The notes beneath the pieces are model-generated. The model was given only the letters and a program-made list of their open reading frames with translations. It was not told the origin of the DNA and did no database searches. DNA of 61,843 bases, filler included. It is 6 parts of 6 records of this genome, joined end to end, with 100 filler letters (N's around TTAATTAATTAA, not from the genome) between each part and the next. Parts side by side here need not be neighbours in the genome. Positions count along the whole stretch, not along the records: positions 1 to 24,898 come from DRR378314_1871; 5 more parts are not named here. One strand, given 5' to 3'. Shown piece after piece: positions 1-6,172 of this stretch. The stretch's first letter is position 1, and each line of letters opens with the position of its first letter. Made by a program: the position numbers and the translations under genes.

Positions 1-37
1 TTATAGGGTTGTGCAACAGTTACCATTGTTAGGGTGC
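1..37 (-). repeat. Partial attC-like site of cassette B (R'' box GCACCCTAAC overlapping the stop codon), truncated by the contig start
   Basis: The minus strand reads CAC GCA CCC TAA C-aatggtaactg. GCACCCTAAC (37-28) is the exact reverse complement of GTTAGGGTGC, which opens the same cassette at 1188-1179. Confidence 0.7.
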
Positions 38-1168
38 GTGTTTTCCGTCTTTCGTTCCTTTCGATGAAACATTTACACCTTTGAATAAATTTATAAGCTT
101 ATCGTTAAACTTCAGAGTTTTTAATGATTCTTCTTCTGAGACAGAATTCTTTTTGTAATAATCTGCAATAATTATCCATGCAAAACTTTGTGCCTCTATT
201 GTTTCTTGTCTTTGCATATGAAAAGATAACTCTCCAAAACTATGAGCTGAGTTATTTCTTAATTGAAATAAGTCGTAGTAATAATCTAAATATGATTGGC
301 CTGTCAGCCTAAACTCGTCATCGGGATTTATTAAAATATTCTTCGACCACCTTTCCTTAATTCTACTAAGTTTTGCTTCCGTATCTCTTTTTCCCGGTTT
401 ACCTAATATTGCTTCTACACTTCTCGTGGCTTGAACAATTGCAGCTTCCATTTTTGGAAGAAGATTTATTTTTTCCCATATCTCGGGCTCATGGTCTCTA
501 TGTTTCCTTAAATGTTCAGGTGTCAAAGCACATATTTGACAAAATTCATGATTCTGTTTAGCAGCGATAATGTTTTGACATGCAATAAAAAATTTGTCAT
601 CCCTGTTTAAAATATCTATTAAAACAGCTAAATCATTGAATTCATTAATTCTACGCATACTTTTCCAATTCAAAGTATGATGCCTGTCTTTGAGATAGTG
701 TAAGTCGTCTATTGATTCCTTATGATTAAATCTATAAACCCAATCATATGCAAATTCATGGGAAGATTCAAGTTCACTGGACATTGTAAAAGCAATTTCA
801 AGGATGGATATGGCTGTTTTCCATAATTCATTTTCTTTAACCGCTGTATTTACTTCTACAACAAGAATAGAGTTCTCGTCAGTTTCATATGTCCAACAAT
901 AGAATTTCTCATGACCAATTGTAAAGAATTCAAAAAAGTCTCCTTTTGAAAGAATAAAATCATTACTAATACCTATTCCTTCAATTAGCGCATGTTTTAA
1001 AACCTTATTTGGCGCATCTACAGGATTTTCTTTATAATAATCGATTTTTGCTTGGTGCTGTTCTTCTAGTAATTTTTGAAGCAAAGACATACTTTTTTCT
1101 TTATCACCCTTGATATATTCTTCGGTGAAAAGTTTGATTTTATCTTCTTCTATACTAGGTTTCTTCAT
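29..1168 (-). CDS. Cassette-encoded hypothetical protein with a C-terminal HEPN-like RxxxxH motif (possible RNase/defence protein)
   Basis: 379-aa ORF, very AT-rich. It starts 10 nt after a GTT core site and ends inside the R'' box. Motif LFQLRNNSAHS lies near the C-terminus in a helical-looking region. Confidence 0.65.
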   Translation of the reverse strand: MKKPSIEEDKIKLFTEEYIKGDKEKSMSLLQKLLEEQHQAKIDYYKENPVDAPNKVLKHALIEGIGISNDFILSKGDFFEFFTIGHEKFYCWTYETDENSILVVEVNTAVKENELWKTAISILEIAFTMSSELESSHEFAYDWVYRFNHKESIDDLHYLKDRHHTLNWKSMRRINEFNDLAVLIDILNRDDKFFIACQNIIAAKQNHEFCQICALTPEHLRKHRDHEPEIWEKINLLPKMEAAIVQATRSVEAILGKPGKRDTEAKLSRIKERWSKNILINPDDEFRLTGQSYLDYYYDLFQLRNNSAHSFGELSFHMQRQETIEAQSFAWIIIADYYKKNSVSEEESLKTLKFNDKLINLFKGVNVSSKGTKDGKHAP

Positions 1169-1178
1169 TTTGTTATAT

Positions 1179-1320
1179 GCACCCTAACGTCTGGGGTGTA
1201 TGTTTTGTTGCGTATGGCGGTCAATCGTTTTTCTCGATTGAGAGTAGCCATGGAAGCAACAAAAAAATTAAAAAGCACTCATTGCCTAAGCAATGAAATA
1301 TACGCCCTGTTGAGGGCTGT
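1179..1320 (-). repeat. attC-like recombination site of cassette A
   Basis: Minus strand: acagccctcAAC-agggcgtatatttcattgc ... gcaacaaaacatacaccccagac-GTTagggtgc. Arms 1194-1211 and 1290-1307 pair, and all four mismatches are G.T wobbles on the + (bottom) strand. The spacer next to the AAC/GTT cores is asymmetric. Confidence 0.8.
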
Positions 1321-1364
1321 AACCTCCCGTACTGCGAGTATTATTAATCTTAAATTATAAACCT

Positions 1365-1517
1365 ATGAATAGAATTAAGCTTATAATAAAAAACATACGA
1401 TATCTATGCACTAAAGACTTATCTATGTTAGAATTAAAAAATCAAAAAGTTCCATTAAATTTTAATGGCGAAAGATTAATTGGTATCCTCAGAAGCAAAT
1501 CTAGCGACAACCCTTAA
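1365..1517 (+). CDS. Possible 50-aa small basic protein, convergent with the 75-aa ORF
   Basis: Hand translation gives MNRIKLIIKNIRYLCTKDLSMLELKNQKVPLNFNGERLIGILRSKSSDNP*. A-rich leader (taaattataaacct-ATG) of Bacteroidota type. Below the ORF-track size cutoff. Confidence 0.3.
   Translation: MNRIKLIIKNIRYLCTKDLSMLELKNQKVPLNFNGERLIGILRSKSSDNP
1452..1468 (-). terminator. Weak hairpin plus U-tract after the 75-aa ORF
   Basis: ccattaa/ttaatgg stem, followed on the minus strand by aactttttgattttt. Confidence 0.35.
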
Positions 1518-1703
1518 TAATTCTTCATCCTTAACTTTATTTGCTATGTACAAAATTTCGGCTTCCTTTTCAGGGTCTGATTTTGATATTTCTGCAATAA
1601 TTGCGTGCAACATTCCTTTTATCGCACATTGCGTTTCTATCAATTCAGATAACATATCTGGTAGATTCGTATTGGTAGACTTAAAAATTTCATTTATATC
1701 CAT
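1476..1703 (-). CDS. Small acidic helical hypothetical protein (cassette A)
   Basis: 75-aa ORF with AT-rich leader (ttttataact-ATG), in the same orientation as cassette B. Confidence 0.6.
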   Translation of the reverse strand: MDINEIFKSTNTNLPDMLSELIETQCAIKGMLHAIIAEISKSDPEKEAEILYIANKVKDEELLRVVARFASEDTN

Positions 1704-1721
1704 AGTTATAAAATATTTAGT

Positions 1722-1902
1722 CCTGCTCGTATTTCAGAGCAGGCAAGTGCTTTTTAATTTTAATACACCCCAGACGTTGAGTGCAATTAGATTTAAGGGG
1801 AGAACGGAGGTACGTAGTTCTTTAAATCGTATCCGAAACCATGGCTTGTCGAGACGTCGCAGCGAATTGAGACAAGCCATGGCTGAGGTTATTGCGCTCA
1901 AC
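1722..1902. other. Highly structured non-coding region including an inverted copy of the cassette circle junction
   Basis: Stems: cctgctc/gagcagg (1722-1743); gttgagtgcaat/attgcgctcaac (1776-1787/1891-1902); gatttaa..agaac/gttct..ttaaatc (1790-1828); ccatggcttgtc/gacaagccatgg (1839-1882). 1746-1761 and 1763-1778 are perfect reverse complements of 1264-1279 and 1186-1201. Confidence 0.85.
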
Positions 1903-1925
1903 ACATATATATGTGTAATTAAAGG
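1894..1925 (-). promoter_or_regulatory. Putative attI-like site
   Basis: GTTGAGC core about 150 nt upstream of the divergent integrase, with no attC hairpin arm on the integrase side. It abuts the perfect palindrome ACACATATATATGTGT (1901-1916). Confidence 0.55.
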
Positions 1926-2010
1926 GTAAGATATAAAAATAACCCAATATCTCCTTAACTCCTATACATAAATAGATATGATAAAATTTAAGAGTAGGTA
2001 TTTTATATAT

Positions 2011-2046
2011 CATTTTGTATCTTACAGTATATTGTTATACAAAATG
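2011..2046. promoter_or_regulatory. Inverted repeat immediately upstream of the integrase start (operator or translational hairpin)
   Basis: cattttgtat (2011-2020) / atacaaaatg (2037-2046), perfect 10 bp. Confidence 0.4.
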
Positions 2047-2050
2047 AGGA

Positions 2051-3118
2051 ATGGATTTTTCACAATATACCTTTAAGCCTACCGAGCATCGTAACAAAAA
2101 TGTAATATTGGTGCATTTTCCTTATGATCCCCATTTGGTCCAGCAATTTCGGGAACGTTTTACATCAGCAAAATGGAGTAAAACAAATAAAGCCTGGTAT
2201 TTGCCAGATATACCTGCTGTAAGAACGGCCTTAAAAATAGAGCAGCGACCTTTTATTGCAAAACAACTGACCAAAATTGCACCGGTTAACCAAGCGGCCC
2301 TAATACAGTATTATGATCAACTTAGGTTAAAAGCGCTTAGCCAGAACACCATTCGCATTTATGTAGCAGAATTTGTACACCTACTGCAACTGATTAAAAA
2401 TTATCCCGTAGAAGAGCTTACACCAAAAAGATTAAAGGATTATTTCCTCTATTGTGTGTACCAAGAAGAAATGGGCGAACGTAAAATGAACGGTAAGATA
2501 AACGCTATCAAATTTTATTTTGAAAAAGTACTACATAGGCCACAGCTTTTTTTTGATATTCCAAGGCCTAAAAAACCGGTGACCTTACCTAAAATGCTGG
2601 CCAAGAATGAAGTTGTGAGGTTATTTAAACAGCTTGATAATTTAAAACATCGTATAGCCTTGGAACTTTGTTATGGTCTGGGCCTTAGGGTTTCCGAAGT
2701 CGTAGCTGTCAAAATTAGAGACATTGATAGCGCAAGAATGGTAGTGCATATACATGGGGCAAAAGGTAAGAAAGATAGAATAGTGCCGCTTCCCGTAACC
2801 TTATTGCCAAAACTTAGGGAGTATTACAAGCAATATAGCCCCAAGGAATATTTGCTAGAAGGGAGATATGGGGGGCAATATTCTAAAGGCAGCGTACAGA
2901 AAGTGTTTAAAGTGGCCATGAAAAAAGCAGGTATCAAAAAAAATATCGGGGTACACGGCCTTCGGCACAGTTACGCAACCCATCTCTTGGAATCCGGTAC
3001 CGATATGCGTTTTATCCAAGAACTTTTAGGGCATAGCTCCATTAAGACGACCCAGGTGTACACTAAAGTAACACCGCGTAGTCTTAGAAATATCGAGAGT
3101 CCGTTAGATTCGTTGTAA
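2051..3118 (+). CDS. Tyrosine recombinase, integron-integrase-like
   Basis: Catalytic motifs YGLGLRVSE, KGKKDR, HGLRHSYATHLLE and LLGHSSIKTTQVY. C-terminal SPLD tail as in IntI. SAM-like core-binding region (LSQNTIRIY). Confidence 0.92.
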   Translation: MDFSQYTFKPTEHRNKNVILVHFPYDPHLVQQFRERFTSAKWSKTNKAWYLPDIPAVRTALKIEQRPFIAKQLTKIAPVNQAALIQYYDQLRLKALSQNTIRIYVAEFVHLLQLIKNYPVEELTPKRLKDYFLYCVYQEEMGERKMNGKINAIKFYFEKVLHRPQLFFDIPRPKKPVTLPKMLAKNEVVRLFKQLDNLKHRIALELCYGLGLRVSEVVAVKIRDIDSARMVVHIHGAKGKKDRIVPLPVTLLPKLREYYKQYSPKEYLLEGRYGGQYSKGSVQKVFKVAMKKAGIKKNIGVHGLRHSYATHLLESGTDMRFIQELLGHSSIKTTQVYTKVTPRSLRNIESPLDSL

Positions 3119-3166
3119 AAATAGGACCAAACCACAATGTTCTTAATTTGGTAAGGTCCAACGCTT

Positions 3167-4015
3167 TTATTTTCTATAGGTCCAGGCCACAAATCTACTC
3201 TTCTTACTGCCCTGTTCCATTTCAATGACCTTGACTTCTGCTGGATCGGTTCTATTTATGGCCCTTTTTATATTTTTTAAGTTTTCTTTTTGGGAGACCA
3301 GAGAGCTAAACCAATGTACCTGATCTTTGAATAGCACACTCTCCCCGGCCATCTTTTTTATAAAGGCTTCCTCACCGCCCTTGTACCACAATTCGTTGGC
3401 CAGGCCTCCAAAATTTAAGCGTTCCCCACCCTCTAATTGTAGGTTGCGTACCTTTCGCTGGTTTTGTTTTTCGGCATCCGTCCGGTTTTTGAAAAATGGG
3501 GGATTGCAGACTACAACGTCAAAATTATCACCAGGCTGAATAATGTGTTCCAGAATACTGCTCTTGAACCTTTGCCGTCTTAGCGCTATCTTTTGTAATA
3601 CCTTGTTGCTGTCAATAATTTCCTGTGCGTTTTTTAAGGCATCCAGATCTACCTCACTGGCGGTACATTGCCAATTAAAGTGGCATGTAGCCAAAATGGG
3701 ATAAATAAGGTTGGCCCCGGTGCCTATGTCCAACAAGCTAAGATTGGTTTTTGGAATCAGTTCCGCCACATGCAAGAGGTAATCCAAACGACCGGGAATA
3801 GGAGGGCAGAGGTTATGCTCTGGAATATCCCAATGGTCAAGGCCATAGTGGGCCTTTAATAAGGCCCTGTTCAATGCCTTTACCGCTTGTTTGTCCCCAA
3901 AGGTTATGGTTTGGTTTCCATATTCGTTCACAAAGACAAATTCCTTCAAATCGGGGGAGTGCTGCACTAGGAAATCAAAATCGTAATTTTTGGCAAAGGG
4001 ATTTTCTGGGTGCAC
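3167..4015 (-). CDS. rlmF: 23S rRNA m6A1618 methyltransferase
   Basis: Motifs HPENPF, LCPPIPGRLDY, LDIGTGANLIYP, CNPPFF, GGEEAF, EMEQG..SRFVAW. Likely GTG start at 4015. Confidence 0.93.
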   Translation of the reverse strand: MHPENPFAKNYDFDFLVQHSPDLKEFVFVNEYGNQTITFGDKQAVKALNRALLKAHYGLDHWDIPEHNLCPPIPGRLDYLLHVAELIPKTNLSLLDIGTGANLIYPILATCHFNWQCTASEVDLDALKNAQEIIDSNKVLQKIALRRQRFKSSILEHIIQPGDNFDVVVCNPPFFKNRTDAEKQNQRKVRNLQLEGGERLNFGGLANELWYKGGEEAFIKKMAGESVLFKDQVHWFSSLVSQKENLKNIKRAINRTDPAEVKVIEMEQGSKKSRFVAWTYRK

Positions 4016-4244
4016 GGCTATGGTGTTTATAAAAGGCAAAGTTAGCAAATGCTAATCTAAATCGACTTTTCTTCCGAGTAGTCTTTTGTTATGAAAGAAC
4101 AAAAGGAAAAGGTCCAAATATAATAATGGTGCTACACTATGTGGTGCCCCTAAAATATAGGCCCCTTAAGATTCAACTACTGAAAATTATTTGGTAAATT
4201 TAAGAATGGAGCAGTTATTTTAATTTCATCTTAAAAGCACACTA

Positions 4245-4625
4245 ATGGAATTTACCTTAAAGACAACTTTTAATGCCACGGCAAAACAAATTTACAAGAC
4301 TTGGCTCAGCACACAGGGCCATACCAAAATGACCGGAGGTGAGGCCTTTGTGTCAGACAGGGTAGGTGATCCATTTACCGCTTGGGACGGATATATTAAA
4401 GGCGAGAATAAAATTTTGGAACCCTACCATAAGATTGTGCAATCCTGGAGAACTGATAATTTTAAGGATAGGGAGGAAGACTCGCAAATAGAGCTTATAC
4501 TTTCAGAAACAGATGGGATAACCGAATTGACCTTAATCCATACCAATGTTCCAGAAGATGGTGAACATTATATTAAAGGTTGGCAGGAACATTATTTTGA
4601 ACCCATGAAGTCGTATTTTGAATAG
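4245..4625 (+). CDS. SRPBCC/AHSA1-like domain protein
   Basis: Motifs AWDGYIKG, KIVQSWRT, TELTLIHTNVP, GWQEHYF. Confidence 0.85.
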   Translation: MEFTLKTTFNATAKQIYKTWLSTQGHTKMTGGEAFVSDRVGDPFTAWDGYIKGENKILEPYHKIVQSWRTDNFKDREEDSQIELILSETDGITELTLIHTNVPEDGEHYIKGWQEHYFEPMKSYFE

Positions 4626-4672
4626 TGAAAAAGGTTGCGTGTAGGTAAATCCACTGGTTGTATTAAGTCTGC

Positions 4673-5548
4673 TCAGTTATAGCTCCTTTTAAACTCTTTG
4701 GGGTTCATATGGGTCATTTTTTTAAATACCTTGGAGAAGTGGGCATAATCTTCATAGCCCAAAATTTCGGAAATTTCGGACAGGGAATTATTGGAGTGAA
4801 CCATGAGTCTTTTGGCTTCCAGCATAATACGTTCCATAATAAGTTGGGTGGTGGTCTTGTTCAAAGTGGTTCTTAAAATTCTATTTAAGTGCTTGCTGCT
4901 AATATGTAAGGCATCTGCGTAATATTTGGCCGATTTTTGAGATCTATAATGTTTATCTATCAACTGTTCCAAGGCTCTTAGGGTACTAAAATACCGTAGG
5001 GAGATTACTTCTTTCTTTTGGCCCTGTGCCATATAATGTCTGGACAGATCAATATAGACTGAACTTAGTAGGTTGGCCAATTTTTGTTTTTTAAACGGAA
5101 GCTTGGAATAGTATTCCTTATTTATTTCCACAAATTTAGATTCCATAAGCTGTATTTTGTCCAACGCTATGTTTACCAAGGGCGGGTTTTTAAAGGAATA
5201 GTAAAAAGGAAATTGCTCTAACTTGTTATTGGTAAAATGAAATTCAAAGAACTCCTGGGTATGAAAAAAGATATAGCCTTGTGGACTGCTGTTGAATTGC
5301 CAAAAATGGGTTTGGCCGGGTCTGAGAAAAAATATGCAACCTGCTTGCACAGTGTAGGTTTCAAAATCAATTTCATGTAGGCCCGATCCCTGGGTAAATA
5401 GTACACAAAGGAAAAAGTTATGCTTATGGGGTTTGTGAAAATATTCCCTGTTCTTTTTTAAGTGGTGCTCCAAATTATTGCTATAAAAGTCCTCCAATTG
5501 GGCTTGGTGCTCAAATTGTTCTATGCCGAGAATTGGAATTGTTTTCAT
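4673..5548 (-). CDS. AraC-family transcriptional regulator
   Basis: N-terminal cupin (PHKHNF, HEIDF, PGQTH) and C-terminal double HTH (YADALHIS, LGYEDYAHFSKVFKK). Start chosen at MKTIP. Confidence 0.9.
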   Translation of the reverse strand: MKTIPILGIEQFEHQAQLEDFYSNNLEHHLKKNREYFHKPHKHNFFLCVLFTQGSGLHEIDFETYTVQAGCIFFLRPGQTHFWQFNSSPQGYIFFHTQEFFEFHFTNNKLEQFPFYYSFKNPPLVNIALDKIQLMESKFVEINKEYYSKLPFKKQKLANLLSSVYIDLSRHYMAQGQKKEVISLRYFSTLRALEQLIDKHYRSQKSAKYYADALHISSKHLNRILRTTLNKTTTQLIMERIMLEAKRLMVHSNNSLSEISEILGYEDYAHFSKVFKKMTHMNPKEFKRSYN

Positions 5549-5653
5549 ACTAAAGGCCTTAATGTCTGAAAAGTACAAAAAATGGGGATAATGGGATAAT
5601 ATAATCCAAAACTATTGGGACTAACTTTGTCCTCATAATTTTAGTACAAAATA

Positions 5654-6001
5654 ATGATTTTAAGTATAATCAGGGGGAAATGTCCCCAGTGTAATAAAGG
5701 GGATATATTTAGCTCTAAGGGTAGTTCAATACTTTTTAGAATGCCTGAAATGGGTAAAAGGTGCAAAAATTGTAATTATAAGTTTGAAGTGGAACCCGGT
5801 TTTTTCTTTGGGGCCATGTTTGTTAGTTATGCCTTGGCCTGTGCCGAAATGATCGCCTGTTTTGTGCTTACCTGGGCCATTCTTAAAATCCCGATTGCTT
5901 ATATATTTTTATGTGTGGTAAGCATGGCCCTGCTTAGTAGTGCCTTCAATTTTAGGTTATCCAGGACAATTTGGATGTACTTGTTTTACAAAAAACGCTG
6001 A
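5654..6001 (+). CDS. DUF983-like zinc-ribbon membrane protein
   Basis: CPQC...CKNC, EPGFFFGAMFVSY, two TM helices, SRTIW. Divergent from the AraC gene. Confidence 0.8.
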   Translation: MILSIIRGKCPQCNKGDIFSSKGSSILFRMPEMGKRCKNCNYKFEVEPGFFFGAMFVSYALACAEMIACFVLTWAILKIPIAYIFLCVVSMALLSSAFNFRLSRTIWMYLFYKKR

Positions 6002-6118
6002 CTTATTTTTTAGTTTCAATGGTCACCGATCAATTCTCATAAAATATCCCAATTTGGATTTCCTTAAAAGAACTCGACTATTCGGGGGATATTGAACGAG
6101 ACAATGGTACTAAGTCAT

Positions 6119-6152
6119 GGGGTACCTAACTATGCACCAAGTTTGGTACCCC
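6119..6152. terminator. Hairpin between convergent genes
   Basis: ggggtacctaact / agtttggtacccc. Confidence 0.5.
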
Positions 6153-6172
6153 TTGTATCAATTTTGAAGTGC

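Larger units (their letters stand above)
1188..1901 (-). mobile_element. Integron-like gene cassette A (714 nt, first position)
   Basis: Opens with G|TTGAGCGC (1902-1894, fits GTTRRRY). Its attC R'' GCCCTCAAC (1317-1309) is complementary to this at 8 of 9 positions. Confidence 0.7.

Noticed and set aside
1186-1778. MITE or IS with 16-bp terminal inverted repeats
   Set aside because: There is no target-site duplication and no transposase. The left repeat is an integral attC arm, and the complementarity continues into the cassette start, which a TIR model does not explain.
1722-1902. Retron msr/msd, DGR or group II intron RNA
   Set aside because: No reverse transcriptase is encoded in this contig and no diagnostic motifs were recognised.
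1480-1929. 149-aa + strand ORF across cassette A
   Set aside because: It has a non-ATG start, lies antisense to the 75-aa ORF, and runs through the structured region and attI-like site. The composition is not convincingly protein-like.
2051-3118. Housekeeping XerC/XerD or prophage integrase
   Set aside because: It has an SPLD tail, an extra N-terminal domain and adjacent cassette signatures. No phage genes or tRNA attachment site are nearby.
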